From contig CANRMY010000005.1 in the NCBI GenBank assembly GCA_947631845.1, positions 2,620 to 66,619 of the forward strand: a stretch of DNA of 64,000 nt, in the 5' to 3' direction. The stretch is from an uncultured Oscillospiraceae bacterium (lineage in GTDB: Bacteria > Bacillota > Clostridia > Oscillospirales > Oscillospiraceae). This document shows positions 1-10,539 of this stretch, in pieces (within the stretch, counting starts at the first letter, position 1; each line of letters begins with the position of its first letter). A program made the translations under genes and the position numbers. The notes below the pieces were generated by a model. That model worked only from the letters and a program-made list of their open reading frames with translations, searched no databases and had not been told where the DNA came from.

Positions 1-1
1 T

Positions 2-1210
2 CACTACTCTGCCATCAATATATGTAACCTCGAACGCGGCTTTCATTGTGCGGGTTACGGTGATCGTGACAGTTTTGGACTCTTGATCGTACGTCTTTTG
101 GAGCTTATACTCAGTCGTTCCACCCTCTTGTCCAGAAACGCCAAGATTAGTAGTTACAACACTTTGTTCGGAGGTTGCATTTTCAACAGTAATTTTGCAG
201 ACCGTCAAGCCATTATACCTTTCTGTTGTCAATGTGACACTTTCAACTCCATCGCCCAACTTAAGCTTAATTGTAGGCATATTTGCAGGCTCAGGATCCG
301 TTGTACCAAAACGATTCAGCTTAAGCGTAAGGCCAGACTTCGCAACCGTTACAACCTCTCCGGAGGTCTTCGCCTCTTCTACGAGCTCACTTAAAGATCC
401 TTGCTTCGAGCCGATAGAAGCTTCAAAACCAGCCACGAGGGTATACTTATCGCCTGCGCCCTTCTCAAATAAATATCCTTTTTTAGCAAGCGCAGAGTCG
501 GGCGCAACGGTAAAGGAACCGCCAGAGATTTCGGATTTTTCATCCCAACCCTTGCCGGTGATTGCGCCCACAAAGGTACCGTTTGAAATATTCAGGGAGC
601 CGTAGCCGTTTGCGTATAAGGAACCACTGCTAATTGCGGCGGTTGTATCATTACCAGTTACTTTTACGTTCTCATCTGCTATCGTAAGTGAAGCGTAATA
701 AGGCACATTTTCCTGGGGAGACGTCGATTTTTGTCCTGTCAAATTAATGACTGCTAGGCCATCACCTTTAATTTCAACGTTACCGCTTATGGTCAAAGAA
801 GCAGGCGTATATGTCGTTTGAACTTTCTTTGTGTTAACAGACACTGTATTTGCGTCATAACCAGCTTCACCCTTGGTCATCGCAATAGTAGCGGTTTTTT
901 GCCCGCTATTTTCAATTTTAACATTCGCACCAGAGATTTGTATTAACGTAGAGGCTTTACCTTCACTGGTAATTGAATGCCCGTTCAAATCAATTGTAAT
1001 GTTTTTATCGATGGTTATTGCGGGGCTATATTTCTTGCCTTCAATCTTGTAATCCTTTTGAAGCTGCAACGTTCCGGTGGCACTGGATATGGCTTCGCTC
1101 AGCTCAGCCGCCGTTCCCTCGTCCGCCGCCAGCGCTATCGCCGGGACCAGCGCCGCGACCATGACCAGCGCCAAAACCACGGCCATGAGCTTGGTTAATT
1201 TCTTCCTCAT
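2..1210 (-). CDS. secreted cell-surface protein, N-terminal 403 codons only (ORF runs off left edge)
   Basis: Absent from the ORF track because no stop lies in the window. Reading plus-strand triplets in the frame ending at 1210, I found no TTA/CTA/TCA down to position 2. ATG at 1210 follows a GGAGGTAAAC RBS. N-terminus MRKKLTKLMAVVLALVMVAALVPAIALA/ADEG is a classic signal peptide. The mature part is G/S/T/N/I-rich with short beta-strand-like repeats (ITIDLNGHSITSEGKASTLIQISGANVKIENSG). A beta-helix adhesin-like fold is a guess. The body is ~40-45% GC versus ~65% elsewhere. Confidence 0.6.
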   Translation of the reverse strand, partial: MRKKLTKLMAVVLALVMVAALVPAIALAADEGTAAELSEAISSATGTLQLQKDYKIEGKKYSPAITIDKNITIDLNGHSITSEGKASTLIQISGANVKIENSGQKTATIAMTKGEAGYDANTVSVNTKKVQTTYTPASLTISGNVEIKGDGLAVINLTGQKSTSPQENVPYYASLTIADENVKVTGNDTTAAISSGSLYANGYGSLNISNGTFVGAITGKGWDEKSEISGGSFTVAPDSALAKKGYLFEKGAGDKYTLVAGFEASIGSKQGSLSELVEEAKTSGEVVTVAKSGLTLKLNRFGTTDPEPANMPTIKLKLGDGVESVTLTTERYNGLTVCKITVENATSEQSVVTTNLGVSGQEGGTTEYKLQKTYDQESKTVTITVTRTMKAAFEVTYIDGRVV

Positions 1211-1278
1211 GTAGTTTACCTCCAATTTTAATAATGTACACTTTTTTAAAATCCCTCGCGGGACCCTTAAACGAGTCC

Positions 1279-1307
1279 ATTATACAACGGAGTTACAGCT
1301 TTTGCAA
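1279..1307 (-). promoter_or_regulatory. sigma-A type promoter for the surface-protein gene
   Basis: Minus strand reads TTGCAA, a 17-nt spacer ending in TG, then TATAAT (-35 at 1302-1307, -10 at 1279-1284), ~70 nt upstream of the ATG at 1210. Confidence 0.5.
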
Positions 1308-1503
1308 GTCAAAAATACATTTTTTTCGCATAAATTTTTTGTTTAAAAAGGTATACCTTTCTAAAATCGGCAGGGCCGGGCCGGCGGGGCAACGGAGCGC
1401 GCCGTTTTCCTGCTGTTTTATGATATTTTTGAATTAATTCTAAGTTATGCTTGACAAAGCTTCGTGTTTATGATATAATACGCAGTATTCCGGAACATGG
1501 CCC

Positions 1504-2232
1504 TCAGGACAGCAAAAAGGCGCGCACCTTCTCAAGATCCATGCTCATAAGCCGCAGCTCCGCCTCCGGCGCGGGCTCCCGGGGGGAGACGTTGGAGCGG
1601 ATATACACGGCGGCCAGGCCCAGGGCCCGGGCCGGCGCGATATCGCACGCCCCGTCGTTGCCCACCATCACGGCCCTTTTCGGGTCGACGGCCCGCTCCC
1701 GGAGCAGACGTTCAAAAAAGCGCCTGTCGGGCTTCTTGACGCCGTAGTCGGAGGAGAGGTACACGCCGTCAAAGAGCCGGTCGATCCCCAGCCGTCTCAG
1801 CTCCGGCCGGGTGAAGATGGCCTGGGCGTTGGACAGGAGCCACACCCGGCGGCCCCGCGCCCGCAGCTCCCGCAGCAGCTCCTTCGCGCCGGGATAGAGG
1901 CGGATATACTCGGTGGACGCCTCCCGGAACAGCATGCCCGTGGCCACGGCCAGGGCCCTGTCCGCCTCCACGCCCCGGTCCAGGTACAGCTTTTGGAACA
2001 CGGCCTCCAATTGGATCTCCGGGTGCGCCTCGTGGGCGTCGCCGCCCGGGGCGCTCCCCTCCAGCGCCGCCACCGTGGAAAAATAGCCGGTTTTCAGCTC
2101 CTCCGGCCCGTATTCCGCCCCGTTTTCGGCATAGATCCGGGCCATTTCCGACCACAAACCGGGGGCGTTTTCGTCCGTTCTTATGTCAACCAGAGTGCCG
2201 TAAAGGTCAAAGATCACATCCGAAAAATCCAT
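1504..2232 (-). CDS. HAD-superfamily hydrolase (subfamily IA-like)
   Basis: 242 aa. N-terminal DxD-type motif FDLYGTLVD, later SNA and GNDGACDI motifs typical of HAD phosphatases. Last gene of the glucan locus. Confidence 0.75.
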   Translation of the reverse strand: MDFSDVIFDLYGTLVDIRTDENAPGLWSEMARIYAENGAEYGPEELKTGYFSTVAALEGSAPGGDAHEAHPEIQLEAVFQKLYLDRGVEADRALAVATGMLFREASTEYIRLYPGAKELLRELRARGRRVWLLSNAQAIFTRPELRRLGIDRLFDGVYLSSDYGVKKPDRRFFERLLRERAVDPKRAVMVGNDGACDIAPARALGLAAVYIRSNVSPREPAPEAELRLMSMDLEKVRAFLLS

Positions 2233-2234
2233 TT

Positions 2235-3863
2235 TCAGCCCTCCAGGTACTCCATCCGCGTCTCCCAGGGCCGCAGAAGGCCGGGGGTTTTTCGGTCGTC
2301 CTCATAGTTGGAAAGCAGAAGCCGGCCGGAGGCAAATTCCGGGGGGCCGGCGAAAGCCTGCTCATTTCCGGTCATGTTGCAGACCACCAGGAGCTTCTCC
2401 CTGGCGGTGCGGCGCACATAGGCGAACACCGCCGGATCCTCCGGGCACAGCAGGGCAAAGTCCCCCTCCCGGAGGACGGCCAGCTCCTTGCGCAAAGCGA
2501 TGAGCCGCCGGTAGAACCAGAAGACGGACTCCGGGTCCCGGAGCGCCGCCGCCGCGTTGATCTCCCGGTAGTTGGGGTTGCCAAAAAACCAGGGCGTGCC
2601 CGTGGTGAAGCCGGCGTTTTTGGAGTCGTCCCACTGCATGGGCGTTCTGGCGTTGTCACGGCTCCTGGCGCGGGCGGAGGCCAGGATCTCCCCGTCGGAA
2701 AAGCCCTTTTCCCGCCGCTCGGCGATCATGTTGACCGTCTCCAGGTCCTCGTAGTCCTCCAGCGCCAGGGGGATGTTGGTCATGCCCAGCTCCTCGCCCT
2801 GGTAGATGTAGGGCGTGCCCTCCAGGCCGTGGAGCAGGGCGGCCAGGCATTTGGCGGACTGTACCCGGTATTTCCCCGGATCCCCCCAGCGGGAGACGAT
2901 ACGGGGCAGATCGTGATTGTTGAGAAAGAGGCTGTTCCACCCCTGTCCGTGCAGCTCCCGCTGCCAGCGCTCCAGGCACCGCTTGAGCTTTACAAGCTCC
3001 AGGGGCCTGACGTCCCACTTCTCCGGCCCCTGATCCAGGGTGATGTGCTCAAACTGGAACACCATGGACAGCTCCGAGCCGTCCCGGGCGCTCCAGCGTT
3101 TGGCCTCCTCCGGGTCGGCGCTCCACGCCTCGCCCACGGTCACCAGCCCCGGCTCCAAAAAGGCGTTGGCCGACAGCTCCCGGACATACTCGTGCAGGCG
3201 CGGCCCCCGGGCGGTGATCTTCCGGTCCGGCTCCTTGGCGATCTGGTCGATGACATCCAGCCGGAAGCCCTCCACGCCCTTGTCCACCCAGAAGCGGATC
3301 ATGTCATAGAGCTCCCGCCGGACCTGGGGGTTGTCCCAGTTCAGATCCGGCTGTTTCACGGCGAACTGGTGGAAGTAATACTGCTGAAGCTCCGGCACAT
3401 ATTCCCAGGCCGGCCCGCCGAAGCAGGCCCGCATATCGTTGGGCGGGCAGTCCGGCGTCCCGTCCCGCCAGACGTAGTAGTCGTGGTACGGGTTGTCCCG
3501 GCCGCGCAGGGCCTCCCGGAACCAGGGGTGCTCGTCGGAGGTGTGGTTGAGGACCAGATCCATGATGATGGAGATGCCCCGCTTCTTCGCCTCCGCGATG
3601 AGCCGTTCCATATCCCGGAGAGTCCCGAAGGGCGGCCAGATGGCCCGGTAGTCGGAGATGTCGTAGCCGTTGTCCGCCTGGGGCGAGGCGCACACCGGCG
3701 AGAGCCAGACGCCGTCCACCCCCAGCGTCTCCAAATAGTCCAGACGGCTGATGATGCCGGGGATATCCCCCAGGCCGTCGCCGTCGGAGTCCTGAAAGCT
3801 CTTGGGGTAGATCTGATAGAAGACGGCGGACTTCCACCAGCCGAATTTTGTCTTGTCAAGCAT
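2235..3863 (-). CDS. GH13 alpha-glucosidase / oligo-1,6-glucosidase (subfamily 31-like)
   Basis: 542 aa. WWKSAVFYQIYPKSFQDSDGDGLGD, GFRLDVI (nucleophile), GEAW (acid/base), NHD. No signal peptide, so cytoplasmic. Confidence 0.85.
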   Translation of the reverse strand: MLDKTKFGWWKSAVFYQIYPKSFQDSDGDGLGDIPGIISRLDYLETLGVDGVWLSPVCASPQADNGYDISDYRAIWPPFGTLRDMERLIAEAKKRGISIIMDLVLNHTSDEHPWFREALRGRDNPYHDYYVWRDGTPDCPPNDMRACFGGPAWEYVPELQQYYFHQFAVKQPDLNWDNPQVRRELYDMIRFWVDKGVEGFRLDVIDQIAKEPDRKITARGPRLHEYVRELSANAFLEPGLVTVGEAWSADPEEAKRWSARDGSELSMVFQFEHITLDQGPEKWDVRPLELVKLKRCLERWQRELHGQGWNSLFLNNHDLPRIVSRWGDPGKYRVQSAKCLAALLHGLEGTPYIYQGEELGMTNIPLALEDYEDLETVNMIAERREKGFSDGEILASARARSRDNARTPMQWDDSKNAGFTTGTPWFFGNPNYREINAAAALRDPESVFWFYRRLIALRKELAVLREGDFALLCPEDPAVFAYVRRTAREKLLVVCNMTGNEQAFAGPPEFASGRLLLSNYEDDRKTPGLLRPWETRMEYLEG

Positions 3864-5802
3864 GGTCGTTTCCCTCGATTTCCTCCAGCTTTTCGTAGAC
3901 CCGTAAAAGCTCGCCCACGCTCCACGCCTGGGCGAAGCACCCCTTGGACGCCAGGGGCGTCAGGCCGTCGTAGATCTCCGGCAGCTGGCCGACGCAGCCC
4001 TCCCGCAGGATGGCGGGCATGTCCGCCAGGAGCGCGCGGACCTCCCGCGCGGCCTCTTTTGTGTTCCCCTTCACCTTCAAAAGCGCCAGATAGTACGCCC
4101 CCGCCGGGAAGGGCCACACGGTCCCCTGGTGGTAGGCCAGATCCCGCGCGGCCTGGGGCCCGCCGTAGGTGGGGTGGAACTCCGGGTCCTCCGGGGACAG
4201 CGTTCTCAGGCCCCGGGCGGTGTAGAGGTGCTTCCCCACCGCCTCCACCACCCGCGCCTCCCGCTCCGGGGACAGCATGGTGAAGGGCATGGACACCGCC
4301 CAGATCTGGTTGCACCGGAGCTGTGTGTCGGCTTTGGTGCCGGAGAGGACGTCCCGGAGACAGCCCCGGTCCGGCATCCAGAATTTTTCGTTGAAGGAGC
4401 GCTTTACCCGCTCCGCCAGGGCCGCAAACTCCGCCCCGCTCTCCCCGGAGAGGGCCGCCATTTTCCCCATGGCCATAAGGTCGGAGTACCAGTAGGCGTT
4501 GATCTCCACGGGCTTGCCGTGGCGGGGCGTGGGGAGGAGGTCGCCGATGCGCACGTCCATCCAGGTCACCTGGTCCAGCCCCTCCCCGGCGGCGATGAGG
4601 CCGTCACCGTCCATTTTGATGGCGTAGCGGGTGCCGGTTTGGTATGCCGCCACGATTTTTTTCAGGGTCGGATACGCCTCCCGGACAAAGGCGGCGTCGC
4701 CGGTCTTCTCATAATAGAGCCACACGCCGTTGATGAGCAGGAGGGGCGCGTCGGCGGAGTTGTACTGGGGCTCCTCCTGCCCCTCCGGGAAGTAGTTGGG
4801 CAGAAGGCCGTCCCTTTCGTAGTGGAGGAAGGTGCGCAGGATGCTTTTGGCGTCCTCAAAGCGGCCTGTGGCCAGGGCGCACCCCGGCAGGGCGATCATG
4901 GTGTCCCGGCCCCAGTCGCCAAAGAAGGGGTAGCCGGCGACGACGGTCTTGCCGCCAGTGGACCCCCGGTAGGCCAGAAAGGCGTCTGCGGCCCGGGCCA
5001 GTTCCCTGGCCTCCGGGGAGGCGAAGGGGGCGTTATCCACAAGCCCGCGCTGTCTCTCCCGGCTCTCCGCCACGATCCGCGCGCCGGTTTTTTCCGTCTT
5101 CTCCGCGGAAAAGACCAGCTCCAGCGTCCCCCGCTCCCCCGCCGGGACGGTGAGGGACGCCTGACAGCACACAAAGCCCAGGCCCGTCTCCCGCCGCCCG
5201 TCCTTCCGGTCGTCGGGATAGGAGAGGGTCTCCCAGGCCACGGGCAGGGCGCTCAGCGCGCCGTTTGTGCTCACAAAGCACCGAAGGCCGCCCGCCTCCA
5301 CCAGGCCGTCCGCGTAGGAGGCCGGCTGTTCCTCCCGGGGCGGCCCCCCCTTGGGGGCCATCTGAAAGACGGGGGTCAGGGTCAGAGTGCGGGGGGCGTC
5401 CGCACGGTTTTCCAGCTCATAGGTCAGTGCGGACACGTTCTCCTCAAAGCCCATGCCGAACCGGCGGACGACGGTGACGTCCGCCGCCTCGCAGACCCAC
5501 TCCGGGCCGTATTCCCAGGAGAAGGAGACGGGGGCCGGCGCCGCCCCGTCCAGCGCCTCCCTCACGCAGTGGGCCAGAACGGCCCGGCGGCTAGGGGACG
5601 CCGCCGCCACCAGGAGGCCCTGATCACAGCGGGTGACGGAGAAGGTCAGGGACGTGGAGGCGAAGCCTCCCAGGCCGTTGGCCAACAGCCAGCAGCCCCC
5701 CTCTCCCCCGGTCAGCTCATTTTTGTCAAAGGTAAATCTCACGGTCATTCCCTCCTCAAGGGTCATCGGGACGTTGGGCGGCCCCGGTAAAGGGCCGCCC
5801 AA
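3856..5802 (-). CDS. amylo-alpha-1,6-glucosidase / glycogen-debranching enzyme family (GDE_C, GH133-like)
   Basis: 648 aa. GYPFFGDWGRDTMIALPG and a C-terminal (alpha/alpha)6-barrel-like region with QAWSVGELLRV, typical of bacterial and archaeal GDE-type proteins. Confidence 0.75.
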   Translation of the reverse strand: MGGPLPGPPNVPMTLEEGMTVRFTFDKNELTGGEGGCWLLANGLGGFASTSLTFSVTRCDQGLLVAAASPSRRAVLAHCVREALDGAAPAPVSFSWEYGPEWVCEAADVTVVRRFGMGFEENVSALTYELENRADAPRTLTLTPVFQMAPKGGPPREEQPASYADGLVEAGGLRCFVSTNGALSALPVAWETLSYPDDRKDGRRETGLGFVCCQASLTVPAGERGTLELVFSAEKTEKTGARIVAESRERQRGLVDNAPFASPEARELARAADAFLAYRGSTGGKTVVAGYPFFGDWGRDTMIALPGCALATGRFEDAKSILRTFLHYERDGLLPNYFPEGQEEPQYNSADAPLLLINGVWLYYEKTGDAAFVREAYPTLKKIVAAYQTGTRYAIKMDGDGLIAAGEGLDQVTWMDVRIGDLLPTPRHGKPVEINAYWYSDLMAMGKMAALSGESGAEFAALAERVKRSFNEKFWMPDRGCLRDVLSGTKADTQLRCNQIWAVSMPFTMLSPEREARVVEAVGKHLYTARGLRTLSPEDPEFHPTYGGPQAARDLAYHQGTVWPFPAGAYYLALLKVKGNTKEAAREVRALLADMPAILREGCVGQLPEIYDGLTPLASKGCFAQAWSVGELLRVYEKLEEIEGNDHA

Positions 5803-5814
5803 GGGGAAATATTC

Positions 5815-8637
5815 TTATTTCTTGTCGTTTTTATCGTTCTTTTTGCGCTTGGCGGAGGTGATCCCCACGGCGGCGCCGGCGATCACCAGGGCCGCGCCGC
5901 CGGTGACGGCGGCGATAAGGCCGGCGCTGGCGCCGTCCTTATCGGAGGGGGCTCCGGTGGTGTCGCCTGTAGTGTCGGTGGTATCCGTTGTGTCGGTGGT
6001 GTCCTCGCCGGCGGGCTCCGCCGCGCCGCCGCGGAGCATCACCAGGGCGGAGAGGGGGGCCACGCCGGTCTCGCCGGACAGGCTCTCCAGGACCTCCGTG
6101 CCCGCCTTCTCGCCGTTGATGTACACATCCCACTGATACCCCTCTGGCAGGGCCACGGTCTGGGACTCCTCGGTGGCGTTGAAGATCACATAGATCCCCT
6201 GGGCCGTATCGCCGTTGGCGCCGCCGGCGATCTCGAAGGCCAGGACGCCCTTGGGCATACCGTTCACCTGCTTGACAGATTCGTAGACGGAATCGGCGTC
6301 GGACTGGCGCAGGGCCGGGTGGGCCTTGCGGAAGGCGATGAGGCCCTTGTAGTATTCAAACACGTTGGCGTACTCCGCCTCGTCCAGGGTGGCCCACTTC
6401 AGGGCGTTGACCTCGTCGGTGGCGTTGTAGCTGTTCTCGTTGTAGGTGCCGTCGGGGTTGACCTTGGTGCGCAGCATCTCCTCGCCGGCCTGCATGAAGG
6501 GGATGCCCTGGCTGGTCAGGTAGATGGCGGCGGCCAGGTTGTTCATGCGGATAAGGTCCTCACGGGAGGAGGTTGTCCTGGACAGGGCGATGCGGTCGAT
6601 GAGGGTGTTGTTGTCGTGGCAGGAGGCGTAGTTCACCGTCTGGGTGGGGGATTTGCACCAGATGGCCTTGCCCATGAAGCTCTGGGATACGGTGGCGCCC
6701 TTGTTGGCGTCGCCGGAGACGAAGCCGGGGCCCTTGTCGAACACGCTCCCCTTCAGGGCGTCGCGGATGGTGTCGCTGAAGTAGGCAAAGCCGGGGGTCT
6801 TGCGGGAGTTGGACTGGGTGGCCAGCTCAACGCCCTCCTTGGTGACGTCGGTGGTCATGGTCCAGCCCTCGCCGTAGAAGATCACATCGGGGCGCTCGGC
6901 GTGGACGGCCTCCACCAGCTCGTTGATGGTCTCGGTGTCCAGAAGGCCCACCAGGTCGAAGCGGAAGCCGTCGATGTGGTACTCATCGCACCAGTATTTG
7001 ACGGACTCCACAATGTACTTGCGCACCATGCTCCGCTCGGAGGCGGTGTCGTTGCCGCAGCCGGAGCCGTTGGAGTAGGAGCCGTTATCATTGACCCGGG
7101 AGAAGTAGCCGGGGACCAGCTTGTTAAAGCAGAAGTCCGTGGCGCTCTGCACGTGATTATAGACCACGTCCATGATGACGGAGAGGCCCTCGTCGTGCAT
7201 GGCCTTCACCATCTGCTTCATCTCGCTGACGCGCACCGCGCCGTTGTAGGGGTCGGTGGAATAGCTGCCCTCGGGGACGTTGTAGTTCACCGGGTCATAG
7301 CCCCAGTTGAACTGCGGCTCGTCGAGCCTCGTCTCGTCCACGGAGCCGAAATCGTAGATGGGCAGCAGGTGGACGTGGGTGGCGCCCAGCTCCTTGATGT
7401 GGTCGATGCCGGTAGCCATCCCGCCGGGGGTCTTGGTTCCTGTCTCGGTGAGGCCCAGGAATTTGCCCACGTTCTTGATGCCGGAGCTGGGGTCGGTGCT
7501 CAGGTCGCGGACGTGGAGCTCATAGATGACGGCGTCGTTGACGCCCAGGCTGGCGTTGGGGTTCTTGTCCTCGGCCCAGCCGGCGGGGTCGGTGGCATCC
7601 AGGTCGATGACCATGGCGCGGCCGCCGTTGACGCCGGTGGTGCGGGCGTAGGGGTCGCAGGCCTCGGCGGTCTGGCCGCCTACGGTGACCTCATAGGTGT
7701 AATAGGTGCCGTTCAGGTCGCCGGCCTTCTCGGCCACCCAGGTGCCGTTCACGTCCAGCGCCATGGGAAGCGTTTCAATAAGGTCGTCGGTCCCCGGCGT
7801 GCCGCTGGCGTACAGCTTCACGGACACGCTCTCCGCCGTGGGGGCCCAGACACGGAAGGCGGTCTTTTCCGCGCTCCAGGTGGCGCCCAGATCGCTGCCG
7901 GAATAGGTGTATTCCGCCTCGAAGCTGTCTGTGGAGTAGATGTTGGGCATATTGATCTTGTACTCCGTTCCGTCATAAATCAGTTTGTAGCTCTGGTTCA
8001 GGTCCAGCTCCGCCACCGTCAGGGCATAGGTATTGGCGGCGGACTCGGCAGCGCCGGTGACGGCCACCTTGCCGCCGGGGCCCTGGACGGTAAACACCTC
8101 CGCCGGCTCGCCCTTGACGGGGCCGGTGGTGGTGACGACGATCACGCCGGTGTCGTAATCGTATTTGGCGGAGGCCACCAGCACGCCGGTGACCACGTCG
8201 TCGCCGTCCACGCGGGTGTAGCCCTCCACGCCGGATTCCACATAGATGTGGACGGTGCCCCGCAGGACGTCAGGCAGCTCGATGAACTGGTCCGCATCCA
8301 CGTCCTTGCCGGCCCAGCCGGAGCCGCCCTTGCGGACGATGAAGCCCAGGCGGGTGACGCCGGCGTTCACGGGGATGGTGGCCACCATCTCGCCGTCCAC
8401 CTCCTGGAAGGTGTAGCCGTTGCCGTCCTGGCCGTCGGCCCAGGCCCAGACGTCCCAATCGTCGTAGGCGCCGTCGGGCCGGTTGTAGTGGAGCGCTACG
8501 GTGACGCCGTCGGCGAACACCGGCACGGCGCACACACTGAGGAGCGCCGCGATCAGGCAGAGGGCCAGAAAGCCGCTCCCCAGCCTGCGCCTGGTGGATG
8601 TGGTGGTTTTTTTCACGGATAATTCCTCCTTTTTCAT
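5815..8637 (-). CDS. pulA: type I pullulanase (GH13_14-like), secreted, C-terminal membrane anchor
   Basis: 940 aa. Signal/anchor LALCLIAALLSVCAV, N-terminal CBM-like repeats, YELHVRD, GFRFDLVG, YGEGW, CHDN. The C-terminus is TTDTTDTTDTTGDTTG (9-bp repeats ~5958-6003), then a hydrophobic helix, then KRKKNDKNDKK. No LPXTG. Confidence 0.85.
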   Translation of the reverse strand: MKKEELSVKKTTTSTRRRLGSGFLALCLIAALLSVCAVPVFADGVTVALHYNRPDGAYDDWDVWAWADGQDGNGYTFQEVDGEMVATIPVNAGVTRLGFIVRKGGSGWAGKDVDADQFIELPDVLRGTVHIYVESGVEGYTRVDGDDVVTGVLVASAKYDYDTGVIVVTTTGPVKGEPAEVFTVQGPGGKVAVTGAAESAANTYALTVAELDLNQSYKLIYDGTEYKINMPNIYSTDSFEAEYTYSGSDLGATWSAEKTAFRVWAPTAESVSVKLYASGTPGTDDLIETLPMALDVNGTWVAEKAGDLNGTYYTYEVTVGGQTAEACDPYARTTGVNGGRAMVIDLDATDPAGWAEDKNPNASLGVNDAVIYELHVRDLSTDPSSGIKNVGKFLGLTETGTKTPGGMATGIDHIKELGATHVHLLPIYDFGSVDETRLDEPQFNWGYDPVNYNVPEGSYSTDPYNGAVRVSEMKQMVKAMHDEGLSVIMDVVYNHVQSATDFCFNKLVPGYFSRVNDNGSYSNGSGCGNDTASERSMVRKYIVESVKYWCDEYHIDGFRFDLVGLLDTETINELVEAVHAERPDVIFYGEGWTMTTDVTKEGVELATQSNSRKTPGFAYFSDTIRDALKGSVFDKGPGFVSGDANKGATVSQSFMGKAIWCKSPTQTVNYASCHDNNTLIDRIALSRTTSSREDLIRMNNLAAAIYLTSQGIPFMQAGEEMLRTKVNPDGTYNENSYNATDEVNALKWATLDEAEYANVFEYYKGLIAFRKAHPALRQSDADSVYESVKQVNGMPKGVLAFEIAGGANGDTAQGIYVIFNATEESQTVALPEGYQWDVYINGEKAGTEVLESLSGETGVAPLSALVMLRGGAAEPAGEDTTDTTDTTDTTGDTTGAPSDKDGASAGLIAAVTGGAALVIAGAAVGITSAKRKKNDKNDKK

Positions 8638-8743
8638 TTTATGCCTTTGTTACCGGCGGGACGGAGAAGCGTCTCCCCCGCTTCCGCCGGGATCTCCCTT
8701 GTCAATTCCGCCGAAAGCCCGTCAGGTCTTTGTCCGGCAAGGC

Positions 8744-10462
8744 TTATCCCACGTTCAGCACAACGCTGGTCTTCTCGCCCAGGGTAAGGGTCGTCCCCTC
8801 CAGGGCGGCCGTCCCCATGCCGATGGCGGCGTTGAGGGTGACATTGGCAAGACCCACGGCGCTCAGATCCACCGTGGCGGCGGAGCCGGAGGTGTTGTGG
8901 ATGACGGCCACGGTCGTGCCCTCCCAGGCGGCGGTGAAGCCGCCCACCTTGGTATCCTTAAACGGGAGGGGGGTGTAGTCGCCCCGAGCAATGGCGGGGT
9001 TGGCCTTGCGGATCATGATGAGCTTTTTGTAGTAGCTCAGCAGGCTGGCGCCGTCCCCCAGCTGCTGGGAGGCGGTGGCGCTGACCCGGTTGCCGGCGTC
9101 ATAGGTGCTGCCCTCCGGGTCGGCGATGGTGTCCCCGTCGCCCCACTCCATCTTCAGACGCCGGTTGGCGTCGGTGTTGGCGCCGCCCCGGCTGCCGCGG
9201 GCCCCGATCTCCTCCCCGTAGTAGATAAAGGGGGAGCCGGAGGAGAGGATGTAGAGGTTGGCGGCCATCTGGGCCGTTCCGCTGGCGGCGGTGAGGTAGC
9301 CGGCGGCCCGGTCGGTGTCGTGGTTGGCGATGAAGGGGACGATCATGGCGCCCTCGTTCATGGGCTCCACCCGCTCCAGATAGGCGTCCACATAGGCGGT
9401 GTACTTGTTCACGTCCCCGGCCTGGGCGGTGGTGGTGATGAGGCCGCTGGTCTGGGAGGTGGTAAAGTCGAAGCAGTTGAGGGCGGGATAGTAGAGGTCC
9501 GTCACCCCGTCGCTGTCCCACACCTCGGCCACGGTGTAGATGTCGGGCTTGAGGGCCCGGAGCTCGCCCATGAACCACTTCCAGAACGCGGCGCTTTGGG
9601 CGTCGTCGCCGTAGTAGATGTACTTGGCGGCGTCAAAGCGGAAGCCGTCCACCCCCAGGTCCAGGTAGTATTTGGCCACGTCCAGCACAGCCTGACGCAC
9701 CGCGTCGTTGTCGTAGTTGAGCTCCGGCATGGAGGTGGAGAAGTTGCACTCATAGAGATCGCCGCTGCCGGGGATCTTGGAGAAGGTGCGCCCCCCCGGA
9801 GGCGTCTGGCCCTCGGGAATGAACGTGTAGAAATCGTAGTAGGGGTCGGCGGTGTCGCCCTTCACGTGGGCGGCCTTGAAGGCGTTGAACCAGGCGTTGT
9901 TGGGGCCGGTGTGGTTGATGACCATATCCAGGATCACCTTCACGTTGCGCTCGTGGGCCAGCTCCAGCAGGAGCTTCAGGTCGTCCTCGGTGCCAAAGAC
10001 CGGGTCGATCTGGTAGTAGTCGTCCACGTCGTACTTGTGGTAGGTGGGGGATTTGAAGATGGGCGACAGCCAGATGCCCTCCACGCCCAGGCTGAGGCCG
10101 GAGTCGTCGTCGCCGTCGTTCAAATAGTCCATGCGGTTGATGATGCCCTTCAAATCGCCGATGCCGTCGCCGTCGGAGTCGGAGAAGGAGCCCACGAAGA
10201 TCTCATAGAACACCCGGTAGTTGTCCTCCGTGGCCACGGTATTCATGCACGCCTCGTCGTTGATGACGGCCTCGCCGGAGGGGCTCAGGAGATACCGCCC
10301 CGTCTTGTCCATGCCCTCCGGCACGGAGGACGTGTCGGAGCTGCCGGCGGTATCGCCTGTATCGCCCGTATCCCCGGCGGTGTCGTTCGTATCCCCCGTC
10401 CCGGCACAGCCCGCCAGGAGCAGCAGGAGGGCCAGGGTCAGGGCCAAAACACGTTTTTTCAT
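8744..10462 (-). CDS. extracellular GH13 alpha-amylase lipoprotein
   Basis: 572 aa. Lipobox LLLLAGCAG, a D/T/G-rich linker, DGFRFDAAK, AEVW, ANHD. Confidence 0.85.
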   Translation of the reverse strand: MKKRVLALTLALLLLLAGCAGTGDTNDTAGDTGDTGDTAGSSDTSSVPEGMDKTGRYLLSPSGEAVINDEACMNTVATEDNYRVFYEIFVGSFSDSDGDGIGDLKGIINRMDYLNDGDDDSGLSLGVEGIWLSPIFKSPTYHKYDVDDYYQIDPVFGTEDDLKLLLELAHERNVKVILDMVINHTGPNNAWFNAFKAAHVKGDTADPYYDFYTFIPEGQTPPGGRTFSKIPGSGDLYECNFSTSMPELNYDNDAVRQAVLDVAKYYLDLGVDGFRFDAAKYIYYGDDAQSAAFWKWFMGELRALKPDIYTVAEVWDSDGVTDLYYPALNCFDFTTSQTSGLITTTAQAGDVNKYTAYVDAYLERVEPMNEGAMIVPFIANHDTDRAAGYLTAASGTAQMAANLYILSSGSPFIYYGEEIGARGSRGGANTDANRRLKMEWGDGDTIADPEGSTYDAGNRVSATASQQLGDGASLLSYYKKLIMIRKANPAIARGDYTPLPFKDTKVGGFTAAWEGTTVAVIHNTSGSAATVDLSAVGLANVTLNAAIGMGTAALEGTTLTLGEKTSVVLNVG

Positions 10463-10539
10463 GTCGTTCCTCCCATAAAATCAGGGTCAATAAGAGGTTC
10501 CTCGGGGCATGTGGTAACGTTTTCACCGCCCCGCGCGAA

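Noticed and set aside
6319-8622. Very long ORFs on the strand opposite annotated genes. Examples are 6319-8622+, 8501-10699+, 10739-12901+, 13021-14415+, 14539-16194+, 2829-4283+ and 4129-5790+. Others are 3356-4315-, 37677-39494+, 40422-41813-, 51926-52774+, 54622-55755+ and 55930-57438-.
   Set aside because: These are typical high-GC shadow ORFs. Their translations are G/A/R/P/V/H-rich low-complexity strings with no recognisable motifs. Each fully overlaps a gene with clear family signatures, an RBS and sensible operon context.
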